Part shown: piece by piece, positions 50,425-63,842 of the stretch
Numbering within the stretch: position 1 is the first letter of the stretch
Layout: each line of letters opens with the position of its first letter
From: Octopus sinensis
Lineage: Eukaryota
NCBI RefSeq assembly: GCF_006345805.1
Contig: NC_043000.1
Location: 101,308,001 to 101,372,000 of the forward strand
DNA: 64,000 nt
Reading direction: 5' to 3'
Position numbers and translations under genes: made by a program
The notes under the pieces: generated by a model
Seen by the model: the letters and a program-made list of their open reading frames with translations, nothing else
What the model was told of the DNA's origin: nothing
Databases searched by the model: none

Positions 50425-50775
50425 AATAGGTACATACAGATATATATATATATTATATATATATACATACATGTGTATATATGTGTGTGTGTGAAGGTGC
50501 ATGGTGTTGCACTGACAATCGTGAGGTCATGGGTCCAAATTCTGGACAGGAGAGTGTGTAGTGTTCTTGAGCAAAGCACTTTATTTCATGTTCCTCTGTG
50601 ATTACTTCAACAGGTGACATGTTGTACATCTTGCACCTGTTCAAAGAACATTGATTTGATGGAGGAAGCGAGCTAATCTACAGCACGTACATTTGATTAC
50701 TATAAAAAAAATTGTGTGTGCTAGTTGTACAGCAAAGAATTGCAGAGTCATATATATATATATATATATATATAT

Positions 50776-51730
50776 AACACAACAACACACCTTCCCCGAA
50801 AATACTACCTTACATATCTACATACAACCCCAGAAACAAAGAAGCCTTCACCATCATCACCCAGAATTTACCAATACTTCATAAAAACCCAAAATTAAAG
50901 GAAATTCTAAACATACACCAAATCATTAAAAGCTACAAACAGCCTAAATCACTTAAAAAGATTCTCACAAAGGCAAAATTGTCTTCTAAAATTACGGATG
51001 CAAAAGTAAAAAAATGTGGTAGATCGAACTGTGCAACATGTCCTAACCTATTGGAAGGATCAGAATTCTTCTTTAAGAGGGACAGAAATTCAAGATCAAA
51101 TCTAACTTTACTTGTGCCTCTGAAAACATAATTTATGTTATTAAATGCTCGGGCTGCCACCAAGACTACGTGGGTTCCACGGGACTATCACTCAGGCGCA
51201 GATGCACACTGCATCGACAACAGATTGCATTCCCAGAATATAGAATGATACCTTTTAGTGAGCACATTGAGAAATGGCAAAGCAACTACTGCCACAATTT
51301 TTAATCTTCCCATTTTACCAATGTGCTTTCGGATCATCAACACAAATGAGACTGAACAAGGAAACATCTTCATTGAAAAGTACAAACCCAGACTCAACCA
51401 TCCGAACATACTGACACAGAGAAATTAACAAGGAAATGGGAAAAAAAAATTTTTTAAGCGATTATCTCCCCTACACCGGAAAAAATCACTCACTACCTCC
51501 CCTTATTTAGAAATCTCTGGAAATAAAAAACAACGATAATTCCATGCAATATAAACATAACGTCACAAGAAATTTGAAAAGCTACACGCGAAACGGTAAT
51601 TTCTTTAAAAATTTTAAAATTATGTCATTTTAAGGAAAGAAAAAAATTTTTCCAATATTCTCCAGACATTTTGACACAAATATATATATTTTTTAACATT
51701 AAGCCTTCTGTCGTTTTCACCCACTTTTTT
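50776..51730 (+). mobile_element. Penelope-like element 3' fragment (GIY-YIG endonuclease plus pLTR-like tail)
   Basis: TYNPRNKEAFTIITQNLPIL...YKQPKSLKKILTKAKL...KCGRSNCATC, then after a frameshift FTCASENIIYVIKCSGCHQDYVGSTG (51128-51184) ...RRR...HRQQI...EHI...EKYKPRLN. Confidence 0.88.
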
Positions 51731-51734
51731 TACT

Positions 51735-51739
51735 ATTTT

Positions 51740-51785
<46 letters not shown>

Positions 51786-51882
51786 CATATATATATACAT
51801 ATATATATATATACATATATAATATATACATATATATATATACATATATATATACAATATAATATAATACATATATATATAT

Positions 51883-51932
<50 letters not shown>

Positions 51933-52347
51933 AATATATATATACATAGATATACAGATATATATAGACCATATATATATATACATATATATATATCATA
52001 CATATATATATATACATATATATATATATACATAATTATATATACTATAATATTACATATATATATATACATATATATACATATATATATATAATATACA
52101 TATATATACATATATAATATATATGCACATATAATATATACATATATATATATATATAGATATATATATATACATATATATATATAATATACATATATAT
52201 ATATATATAACGCTATATATATAATATACATATATAGACATATATATACATATATAACATATATATATATATATAATATATACATATATATACATATATA
52301 TATATACAATATATATACATATATATACATATATATTCTATATATAT

Positions 52348-52391
<44 letters not shown>

Positions 52392-52501
52392 TATACATAT
52401 ATATATAATATATACATATATACATATAATATATACAACATATATATAATATATATATATAGATACATATACATACATATATATATACATATACATATCA
52501 T

Positions 52502-52535
<34 letters not shown>

Positions 52536-52569
52536 ATAATATATGATGATGATGATGATGATGATATAC

Positions 52570-52608
<39 letters not shown>

Positions 52609-52667
52609 TTACATATATATATATATATTATATACAATATATATATATATATACATATATACACACA

Positions 52668-52698
<31 letters not shown>

Positions 52699-52923
52699 AT
52701 ATATATATACATATATATATATATAACATATATATATATACACTATATATATAACATATATATATATACATATTAACATACACATATATAGATACACATA
52801 TATATATAATATATATATATATACATATATATACATACACATATATATATATACATATTATATATATACAATATATATATAATATACATATATATACATA
52901 CACATATATATATATACATATTA

Positions 52924-52973
<50 letters not shown>

Positions 52974-53040
52974 TGTGCAGTGTGTGAGTAAATATGTATG
53001 TAAATATATATAAGCATGTATGTATATAGTGTATATACAA
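51735..53040. repeat. Imperfect (TA)n/(TACA)n array of about 1.3 kb
   Basis: Visible directly; contains a (GAT)n island at ~52545-52565. Confidence 0.97.
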
Positions 53041-53049
53041 TATTATGAT

Positions 53050-55375
53050 TTTTAATTTTGATTTTGATTTTTCGATTTTGATTTTTCCAGTTTCAGCTAA
53101 TGAGCTGTGGCCATGTTGGGGCACCGCCATTTGGTTTGCTACACGGGTTTACCTCACGGATGCTTTTTAACAAACGCCATCTGATGCATGAGAGAGTTCG
53201 ATGCAGCTGCCCTCATCTGCACCTCCTGCCGTGAAGTTGGTTCATCCGGGACACCTGACAGGAAGAGATCCAGTCCTACTTTAAAGAATCCGCATCTACA
53301 CCATGCAGGTCCTTGAGGTTCTTCGGGAGGACATTGAAGAGCCGTGGGCTCTGAAGTCCAGGCTATCACAATATCTTGTCTACACCTTGATGGCAAATTT
53401 GGAGTCCTTGGTACACGCAGTGGCATCCGGTTCTGGCGTTTGTGTGACTCTCGATGCCAAAGTCTGGGACAAGACCTTCCAGGATCTTCCAGATATGTAT
53501 TATGGCATATCTTTCTCGCCTACGCTCCAGGGAATGAGCTTTAATCTCTTGAGTCTCTCCAGTAGCTCGTATGCTGCACAGAGGCTATCTTCTTCGTGTA
53601 GCTTCGTTGGATCGCCTCAAGTTCTGTGATCAACTTGACATGGATGGTGACCATAGCTGAGAGCAATAGTCAAAGTGGCTTAGGACAAGTGTCTTCCAGA
53701 GGACCATCATGGTTTCTTGTTCTCTTGTTCTAAGGTTCTAAGAATCCATCCAGCCAGCCGTCTGCATTTCATTGTCAGTTTAGCAACATGTACATGAAAG
53801 GTCGCGTCATCACTCATGTGAATACCCAGGTCACGCACTGATTGTGCTCTGGGATTGCAATCCCTCCGGTCCAGTGTATTCATTGGGTATTGCATTCAGT
53901 TTTGCATGCTGATAGTATAAAGCTTGAAACTTTTCAGCATTGAAATGCATGCTATTCTTTTCAGCCCACTTGTATATTTCGTCCAGCTCACATTGCAGGT
54001 GCTTAGTGTCTTTAGGGTTCTGTATTGCCTGTGAAACTTTTGTATCATCTGCATAACTTGTGATCGTGGCTCTCCGCGTGGCTGAGGGCATGTCTGAGAG
54101 GGCCATTATGAACAGTAGTGGTCCCAAAACAGTGCCCTGTGGAACACCGCTCACAATTTGCGTGCTAATGGAAGTATATTGGCTGCTACCACCTGACTTC
54201 TATTCTTTAGAAAGTCATGAAGCCATTCTCCTAGTTTTCCAACTATGCCAAGATCACGCCGTTTGTGACATATCATTCCATGATCGACTTTATCGAAGGC
54301 CTTTGCGAAGTCGAGATATATGACTTCCACATTTGAGTGGTTGAGCAGTTGTTTCAGCACCCAGTCATAGTGCTGCAGGAGCTGAGTTAAGCAGCTTCTT
54401 CCTGGTCGGAAACCATGTTGGGTGTCAGGCAGCAAGTCATTTTCTTCAAGGAAGGTGATTAGTTTCCTTCTAACTATTCGTTTCCTTCTAACTATTCGTT
54501 TCCTTCTAACTATTCGTTTCCTTCTAACTATTAGTTTCCTTCTAACTATTCGTTCCATGACCTTGCTGATGTGTGAGGTCAGAGAGATAGGTCTGTAGTT
54601 CTTGGCCTCCGCTCTGCTACCTCCTTTATGAATAGGGCATATTTTACCTTCCTTCAGTTTTCTTGGAAGTTTGCCAGCTGCGAGGAAGCTCTGAAAGAGG
54701 AACTGCAGTGGTCTTGCTAGGACTCTCTTACATACTTTTAGGAGGATTGCCGGGAATCCATCGGGGCCAATAGGTGAGTCTGTTTTCATTTCATCTATAG
54801 CCTTTATTACATCGTCTTCCTTTAATCGATGTAATTTATCGTCGCCGCCTCTGATTCTATATCTGCAGTGTAAAGAAGTCAGTTGGATTGCTGATTGGAA
54901 ATGCCCAAGGGGGGTGAAAACACTCTTGAATTGTTCATCAGTATTTCACTTACCCTCATTGGTTTTCCTGTGAGTGTGCCATCCTTTTCAAGGAGTGGCC
55001 CTATCCTACAGTGCACCGTAGCTGTTTCTTTGGCATACCTGTAGAAAGCTCTGGGGTTAGTTTTTATGTTGTCTATAGCCCAGGCTTCTTTGTCTGCTCT
55101 CTCCTTCTCATGGGACAGTTGCAGACAATTTCAATTTCTAACAGTTTTATTTTCAGGCGGGACTTTTCACTGCTTTCAATTTGTTTGTTTAGGCGATTTG
55201 AAATTTTTGTACGCCGTCTCATTAAAATTTTCCTCTCTCTGGGGATTTTGTTCTTGTGTACAGTGGCCTTTCTCTCTGGGACACATTTGTAGCATATGGC
55301 TTGCATTACAGACATGAATTGTTGAAGTATCATGTCGATGTCCGGCGAGGAGAGACATTCAGGCCAGTTTTGTAT
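53050..55375 (-). mobile_element. CR1/L2-group LINE, 5'-truncated with deletions and frameshifts
   Basis: GPDGFPAILLK, NYRPISLTSHISKVMERIV, QHGFRPGRSCLTQLL, YLDFAKAFDKVDH, SGVPQGTVLGPLLF, YADDTK, GVPDEPT; tail 'ggcggtgccccaacatggccacagctcattagctgaaac' plus (AAAATC)n. Exact clade not resolved. Confidence 0.93.
54463..54552. repeat. 18-bp minisatellite x5 inside the LINE RT ORF
   Basis: tttccttctaactattcg x5 (the fourth ends ...attag); encodes (IVRRK[R/L])n in frame on the minus strand. Confidence 0.97.
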
Positions 55376-56217
55376 ACATTATATGTATGTATACATTATA
55401 TGTATGTATGTATTTATTAAAATTTTATGTATTGATTAAGTCTTTCCTTGTTTGTTTTGCAAAATAGTGGTTTTGTCTCTAATAATATTTTAATATATAT
55501 ATATATATATATACATACATATAATATTGTATATACACGTATATACACACATGCTTATATATATTTACATACATATTTACTCACACACATGCACACACAC
55601 ACGCACACACATATATATGAATATGTTTACCATCCACCTTCCACGCTGGCCTGAGTTGGATGATTTAGAGCGCATCCATCCAGCCAGAATATTACACCAG
55701 ACTTCTGTGTCTGTTTTGGCATCGTTTTTATGGATGGATGCTCTTCTTAACACCAACCACCCTGCAGAATGGACTGAGTACTTTTTATGTGTTACCAGCA
55801 AATGCAAGGTTTGGTTTTTACATGGTTTTTACAGCAGTATGACCATCCAAATGCCAACAACTTTACTGTATTGACTGGATGCACTTTATATGGATTATAT
55901 GGAAATATTAATTTCATATGCTCTCTCACTTATGCAAAAAAATATTTTACGCAGATTTTAAGGAAAGATTATTTCATATGCTATGTCACTCATAGCAAAA
56001 GATTTCCTATATTAATAATAATTAAAAAAAAATATATAAACCCAGAATCATTTCTATGCCCTTAACGGAATCTTTACCCTCTCTTCTTTTTCTTTTAGTA
56101 AACTCTCTCTCCTACACTCTCTTATTCAAGAAGCCATTGCAGGTGGCAACCCCAATAGTCCCTAGTCAAATTTTTCCTACATATATACACACAGATATAT
56201 ATATATATGTATATATA

Positions 56218-56565
56218 TATGGTTCAGTCCCACTGTGTAGAACCTTGGGCAAGTCTTTTCTACTATAACCATGGTCCAACTAAAATCCTGTGAGTGACTT
56301 TGGAAGACGGAAACTTAAAGCAGCCTGGCATATATGTGTGTGTGTGTGTGTGTGTGTGTCTGTATTTGTGGACCCAACATCATTTGACAACTGATGCTGG
56401 TGTGTTTATGTACCTATAACTTAGTGGTTCAGCAAAAGTGATCAATAGAATAAGTAACAGGCTTACAAAGAATACGTCCTGGGGTTGATTTGCTAAACTA
56501 AATGCGGTGCCCCAGCATGTCTGCGATCAAATGACTTAAACAAGTAAACAAGAATAAAAGAATAT
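56218..56565 (+). mobile_element. SINE family A, 5'-truncated
   Basis: Family A body and tail motifs. Confidence 0.8.
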
Positions 56566-57009
56566 ATGTGTGTATATATATATATTATATATACATATGT
56601 AAGGTCAGCAAAATGTAGATTCAGATGAATATGTTACTCAAGTTAAAGGCACCAGAATTTAGTATGGTATTATCCATATAAATCAAAAGGGGTGATTAGA
56701 TGGAGAAGGACCTTCTACCACTTTATTCTTAATCATGAAATTAACCTCTCTGTCTATATATCTACCCTCTTTGTAATGTTGGCAAATAAAATAAGTATAA
56801 AAATGTACGTTGTCTATTTAATTAAAAAAAATTCTATATGTGGCTGATGATTACTCTGCATTTTAAAACTGATGTAATACTTACATTGTTTAATAAAATG
56901 AAGTAGCATGAAACGATTGTACTACACTACCTTGGATATCCTTGTTGCTTACTTTGAGTATGTATATATATATATATATATATATGTAACACATACATAT
57001 TTATATATA

Positions 57010-57636
57010 TAAATCCTTAAATCCTTAAAAATGTTTTAGCCCGAAGGCTGCGGCCATGCTGGGGCACCACCGCTGAATGAGCTACACTAGTTTGTGAATC
57101 CAGCTCTGATACGTGGCACTTGATCAACAAGGGAGTTCGATGCTGCTGCCCGCATCCGTGTCTCCTGTCGTGAGGTAGGTTCATCTGGGACTCCCAACAA
57201 GAAGAGATCCAGTTTAGTTTTAAAGAACACCACATCCACACCATGTAAGTCTCTCAGGCATTTAGGGAGGATGTTAAAGAGCTGTGGTCCTCTGAAACCC
57301 AAGCTGTTGCAGTATCTGGACTTGTATTTTGATGGTGATGTTGGAATCCTTGGCACCACGCAGCGGCGCCCCGTTCTGCGGTTGGAGTAACTTTGAATGC
57401 CAAAGTTTGGGACAAGACCCTCCAGGATCTTCCAGATGTATATCACTGCATATCTCTCCCGCCTCCGCTCCAGGGAGAAGAGGTTTAATACCTTCAGTCT
57501 TTCCCAGTAGCTGACATTTTGCATTGAGACGATTTTCTTTGTGTAGCTTCTCTGAGTTGCTTCGAGTTCTGCTGTTTGTTTTATATTGTGTGGTGACCAA
57601 AGTTGGGAGCAGTAGTCCAAGCGGCTGAGGACAAAT
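57010..57636 (-). mobile_element. CR1/L2-group LINE 3' fragment with an uninterrupted C-terminal ORF
   Basis: FVLSRLDYCSQLWSP...LERRRERY..IYIWKILEGLVPN...GPQLFNILP...GVPDEPT, about 180 aa without stops. Related to 53050-53620; tail (AAGGATTT)n. Confidence 0.92.
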
Positions 57637-57852
57637 GTATGTATATAATATATATATGGTATATATATAGTATATATAATATATATATTATATATACATG
57701 TATATATATAATACATATATAATATACATATGATATATATAATATATAATATACATATACATTATGTATATATATAATATATATAAATATACATATGATA
57801 TATATATATATATATATAATATACATATGATATATATAATCTATGTAATCTA

Positions 57853-57894
<42 letters not shown>

Positions 57895-57975
57895 TATATA
57901 TATATAATATATGTTATATATATACATGTATATATATAATATATATTGATATATATATATATGTATAATATATAT

Positions 57976-58050
<75 letters not shown>

Positions 58051-58055
58051 GTACA
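57637..58055. repeat. Imperfect (TA)n array
   Basis: Visible directly in the sequence. Confidence 0.95.
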
Positions 58056-58752
58056 CATTTCTATTTATTTACTTTTCTTTCCTTTTACCACTTCATAGCC
58101 ACCTCTGCTACCATTCTTTTATTGATCGTTGATATGTTTGCAACTTTTTCCTGGATGTTTATAATATCAGGACTTTAACCCACATGAATCTACACAAGAT
58201 TGCACCTAAGGACTTATGGACTTATTTCTACAACATCGGAAATTCGAAGTCTGAACTTTTATACTTCTTTTTTCTTCTCTCTCTTCATCTCCTTATCACT
58301 TTACTCCTGTCCTCTATGTATAGTATAGCATTTGTGGGGAGTGTATTTTATTTGTATAATATTACCTGCTAATACTTACTATACACTTCCTTCAAAAGAT
58401 AAAATGATAACTTACTTTAAATTAGTTCTTTTTTTAACCCTGAAGATGTCCTATCACAATATAGTTTGAATGTGGCAACTTCCTTTGCATTAAACAGTAT
58501 GCTTCAAGATTCCTATCATCTAAATGGTACGAGGGAAACATATATGTAGTTTTTTTTATCAGTTGTTATCTTGATTCTTTTGAGATTTTAGCTTCCCATC
58601 AATTTATTTATTTGTAATGTTTGTTTTAAAAAACCTCATCTTTTTATAACCTGCAAATAAATCAGTAATTACATCCATTTATTCCATATTTTCTTCTCTT
58701 TTTTCCCCTCAATATATATATACACACACAGATACATATGTGCACACATCTG

Positions 58753-58802
<50 letters not shown>

Positions 58803-60520
58803 TCTGTATATATACACATGTATAGTGCCTTATATATATATTTATGCATGTATATATATATTGATTATAATTTATATACATATGTCAACTGTAGCTTATT
58901 TACATGTGTGGATATTGCATGATGTTTGTAAGCAAATGGTTTGAACATATAACATTGCTTGTCTCCAGTTCTCCACGTAAACATGTCCGGCCTATTCATT
59001 GTTCAATAAGATGAGAGTTTATACCTCACTTGGAACCAATTGGGTGTTGGCAACAGTAAGTGTATCTGGCTTTGGAAAACTCTACCTATGACATATACTA
59101 CAAGCATGGAATAGTACATGTTAAAACAATGATGATGGTGGTGGTGGTAGTGGTGGTGGGGTGTGATGATGATAATGACGATGATGGTCTACAAATTTTA
59201 ATCAATATATTATATGATATATATATATATATAATATACTGATTACAATTTTAACTCTGTCTAAATCAATTTGTATCTCAATATGTTCATTAGTTATCTT
59301 ATTTATAGAGGAAGTAATTAATTTTCCAAAATCTTTTTTGAAACTTATTAAATTTGGATGAAGGAGACAAGTTTACCAATATTTATGGAGAAATTATGTT
59401 TCAGGCAATACTGAAACAATGTTTGTAAACATATTATAGCAATATTCATGTATCTACATTGTATGACTTAATCTAACTTTATTTATTCAAACATACACTT
59501 ACAAACAAATATTTCCTTCCCTCCCCAGCCCTTTCTCCCTCTCCCAGTCACTCTATGTCTAGATTATATACATGTATATAGTCACTCAGATCTGTGTAAG
59601 GATGTGTTGTGTTTATCATGTCTGCTTCATTGCTATCATGTCCTTGTTTTGATCAGAGTACATGTTTACTTGAGCAGGTGTTTTCTATTGTAGCTTCTAT
59701 TTAACCTTAAGTGGAATTTCATAGACAGACAGAAAACTATATAGTAAGGCTGTCACCTGTATGTGAGTGTGTGTAAATTTTTTGACTCTTTAATTTCCAT
59801 GTTTAATTCTCTACATATTGTATGTACAAAATATAAGCAAATACAAATGCAAGTGTGGCTTTGTGGTAAGTTTACTTCTGGACCATATAGTTCCATATTC
59901 AGTCTGAGTACATGGTACCTTGGGCAAATGTCTTCTACTATGATGATGATGATGATTTTAAATGCACAAGTCTCTGATATCCAAGAAGCTAGAAAGTGTC
60001 AGCAGAAGGGTATTCAGGAATGATGACCTGGATGCAATCTAGCTCTCTTAGAGGAAGAGGTTAAACGCTGAAACAACTTGCCTGAGTGGGTTTTCTTCTC
60101 TGAAGATCTTCTGCTGTTCAGCTCTCTTGAGAGTTTCTTACTACTAGATACAGCTGCAGACTCCAGTTCACTTTCTCTATTCAACATGTCTCTTTGGTAA
60201 CAAAGTATTTACCAAGCCTTCCATCATCAAACCACCTACAAGATTCAACTCAATATTTTCTTCACCTACAGACTTATTAGCATCGAACATGCACAGAGCT
60301 GTCACATTAGTTGATAATACTCCCTCACCATTCATATTAAATACCAGGATTCAACTGACATGACCAGTCTAATTTGCATAGCAATGCATTCATCTCTAAC
60401 TTGATTTCTTAGTTAATTGCTGGTGTATGGATAATCTGAAAGCCTTAATTGTACATATAAACTGCTTCAGAAATTTCACATTAGTCAATGAATACTGTGC
60501 AGTGAATCATTTATATATAT

Positions 60521-60860
60521 GTGCATGGCTCAGTGGTTAGAGCGTTGAGCTTACGATCGTGAGGTTGTGAGCTCGATTCCCGGACCGGGCTGTGTGTTGT
60601 GTTCTTGAGCAAAGCACTTTATTTCACGTTGCTCCAGTTCACTCAGCTGTAGAAATGAGTTGCGACGTCACTGGTGCCAAGCTGTATCGACCTTTGTCTT
60701 ACCCTTGGATAACACTGGTGGCGTGGAGAGGGGAGGCTGGTATGCATGGGCGACTGCTGGTCTTCCATAAACAACCTTGCCCGGACTCGTGTCTAGGAGG
60801 GTAACTTTCTAGGTGCAATCCCATGGTCATTCATGACCGAAGGGGGTCTTTACCCTTTTA
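60521..60860 (+). mobile_element. SINE family C (CORE-like), full length and young
   Basis: tRNA-like head 'tggctcagtggttagagcg...gctcgattcc', CORE-like 'gtgttcttgagcaaagcactttatttcacgttgctccag', CpG-rich. Confidence 0.88.
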
Positions 60861-61039
60861 TATATATGAAAATATAAAAGAATGACTTCTCTAGTAGTTC
60901 TGATCTGTTTAATTTATTTTTTAATTTTTTAGTAATATAAATTAACTGATTAGAATTACCAGTGAAGCCATTCTTTTTCTTTTTTCAAATTTACCTAAAT
61001 GTACCAAGGATCTCTCACATTTTCCAATATATACATATA

Positions 61040-61560
61040 TATAAGCTACAAAGAGAACAACACCAACAGCTATGACAGTATCAAAACATTAACAATGCAG
61101 CCGGCAATGGGGGCTACTCCGGTGGCAATGGAATCACCAGGATCACATCTAGGAATAGCAGCAATGGCATTTATTCCTGCAACAGTAATGTGGAAACCCG
61201 CAGTTAATGAAAGAAGTATCAGTGGCTATAACATAAACACAGAAATATGTTGATTCAACCAGTATCCCCTTTAACCAGAGAGGCACAATATCCCATCTCT
61301 GGTCAGTTATGTATGAGGATTAAAAGAGGAGGGCACACCATACATTATTAAATGGAAGCTCCCCAAAGAACCAGGGTCATATATCAATGGGAGCAAATGT
61401 CTTAAGCTTTGCTTGGCAGAGAGAGAGCAAGAATCCTGAAAAACTTGACCCAGGGGAAAAAACTCATTTGATCCAGGAAATAGGTTTTTAGTCAATGTCC
61501 TCATCAGAGAAATTTCCTGTTGCAAATTTGGAACTCACCATTCATTGAATAGAATCACAA
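61040..61560 (+). mobile_element. Old Penelope-like element relic (GIY-YIG C-terminus)
   Basis: GIYSC..NVET..KKY, SLVSYV*GLKE, IKWKLPKEPGSYINGSKCLKLCLAE and RK*VFSQCPHQRNFLL resemble PLE IY.A.V...K.YIG, IKW.I...Y.NGSK.C.LCL.EK and R.EL.SKCRH..KFLL. Confidence 0.7.
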
Positions 61561-61900
61561 TAGCAGCTTGGAAAATTGCCATGGAACTGATGTAAAGAGA
61601 TAACCCTGTCCTCCCTGAAAAACTACCTGCAGGGTCATTCTGGATGCATATACAGTTCTTGTTTATAAAACTAACTCACTGTGGTGTTTTCCTTCCTCCA
61701 GTTGTAGAGAGGTTATGTGCCTCTGATTAGTTGAGTCTGACAAGTCACCTTTACTGCTAAGTACTTTTTAGGTGCAAAACCAATGGTCACTCTCTGACCA
61801 GCCATAACAATCAGCTGTCAATAAATATATACATTCTATTCTTTTATTCCTTTATTTGTTTCAGTCATTTGACGGCAGCCATGCTGGAGCACCGGCTTTA

Positions 61901-61938
<38 letters not shown>

Positions 61939-62003
61939 TATATTATGTATTATATATATGCATGTGTTTATATATGTATGTCTATATGTATGTATGTATG
62001 CAA

Positions 62004-62047
<44 letters not shown>

Positions 62048-62269
62048 TTATAAATCTATCTATTTATCTATTTCATTACATCCTCTGTGATGCATCTGGA
62101 CAAATCATCAGTAATGTCCCCTGGGGCCTTTGGGTGTTTCAGATCTTTCAACTGTCTAACATAATCACCGCAAGCAACCCAACCAGGGTTGATCAATCAT
62201 CAGCTTGTGACTGTAGTCTAGTTAACTCTACACTTGGCCTTTGTAACACAAACTACATAATATATATAT

Positions 62270-62336
<67 letters not shown>
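62270..62336. repeat. (GATA)n microsatellite
   Basis: Visible directly in the sequence. Confidence 0.95.
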
Positions 62337-62984
62337 TACACATATATACATATACGAATGTAAATGTATCTAGGTCAGTCTGTATTTGTGTGTACCAATG
62401 TAATTTTGTAATAATATTTACTAAGGTAACTACTTTATTTGATTAACAGAGATCAAATGAATAATTAACAGTTGAAGAATGGGGTGAGAGTGGGGAGCAA
62501 CATGATTGATTTCCTAATACCATTCAAAGTGTTGATTGCACTAATATGGCTAGAATCCAATGGTTGCAACCAGTAAAAAGATATAGGGTGTTAATTTAAA
62601 GACAAGTATACTTGTTCTTGTAAATATGTAGTTCAGTTTTTTTTTTATATTATATATATTTGTATGAATTCAGTCATGGTCAAATGGTTAAGAAGTTTGC
62701 TTTGTAATCAAAGAAGTCCAGGTTCAATCCTGCAGTGTAGCATCTTGTGCATGGGTCTTTCAGCATGATCTTAAGTCAATCATCCAAACCTGATGAATGA
62801 AATTGAATAGACTTTGGATTGGTGCTGGTATGGCCGAGTGTTTAAGAAGCTTGCTTCATAACCATGTTGTCTTGGGTGCCATACCACTGCACTGCACCTT
62901 GGGAAAGTGTCTTCTGCTATAGCCTCAGGCTGACCAAAGCCTTGCAAGTGGATTTCATAGATGGAAACTAAAGATATATACATA

Positions 62985-63842
62985 TATGATCAATAAATAT
63001 CCGGACTGTTGCCATAGTAATGAAGCTAAAGCACACAGAGTAAAGTCAATTGGCACAGATTGACCTTGAACTCTGCTATGCTTGTGCACTAAGTTTTAAT
63101 GCTCTAACTTCCGTTTTTTACAGCAGTGCTTGGAAGGAAGGTGTGTAGCGAGTAATCTTTGCATTGACTATGACAGAGAAAGTTGACCAGAGAATCTGCA
63201 TCAAATTTTGCCAAAAGCTTGGTGATTCCTGCTCGGAGACTTATGTAAAATGTTCAAAAAGTTTTCATTGTTCTCAACATAATCAGGGAGAACTTGTGCA
63301 ACTGAAAGCGGTTTTGGCACAAACTTGGCAGACACACATCTCATACCCAAGTCTTCAGTGATAATGGACTGAACTAAGCCGTAATTAATCTGCACATCCT
63401 CTGATAACTTACAGATGGGGATTTGATGATTTCTTCTTACAGCTGCATGCACATCTGCAATGTTTTTCTCAGTTCTGCTGGTTGCAGGTCTCCCAGGAAT
63501 TTCGTCAATATTGACATTTTTTTTAACATCTTGGAAACGTCTGAACCACTTGTACACTGGTGTGCAGCTCAAACACTCCTCTCCATACACTTTCTGCAAC
63601 TTTGCATTGGCCTCTGAGCAGGTATCGCTATGACAAGTTTCTCTGTCATGGTCAATGCAACAGTCGCACACTACACACCTTCCTACAAAGCACTGCTGTA
63701 AACAGTGGAAGTGAGCTAGGATGATAAAACTTAATGCACATATACATTAAAGTTCAAGGTCAATTGTTGCCAAGTGGCTTCTCTTTGTGTGCTTTAGCTT
63801 TGTTACTATGGCAACTGTCCACATACTTGTTGATCAGACCTC

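Noticed and set aside
51739-53130. Many ORFs of 60-266 aa rich in Y/I, C/V or T/H (also near 4875, 10604-11324, 30063-30954, 57581-58058)
   Set aside because: They are translations of (TA)n, (TG)n and (TACA)n microsatellites, not proteins.
60521-60595. tRNA-like sequences at SINE heads (also 21515, 48292 and all family A heads)
   Set aside because: They lack a complete cloverleaf and acceptor stem and run into SINE bodies; not tRNA genes.
61611-61655. Possible hammerhead relic after the old PLE (CTGAAAA...ggtcattc-tggatgcata)
   Set aside because: The position is plausible but both core boxes are mutated; too degenerate to call.
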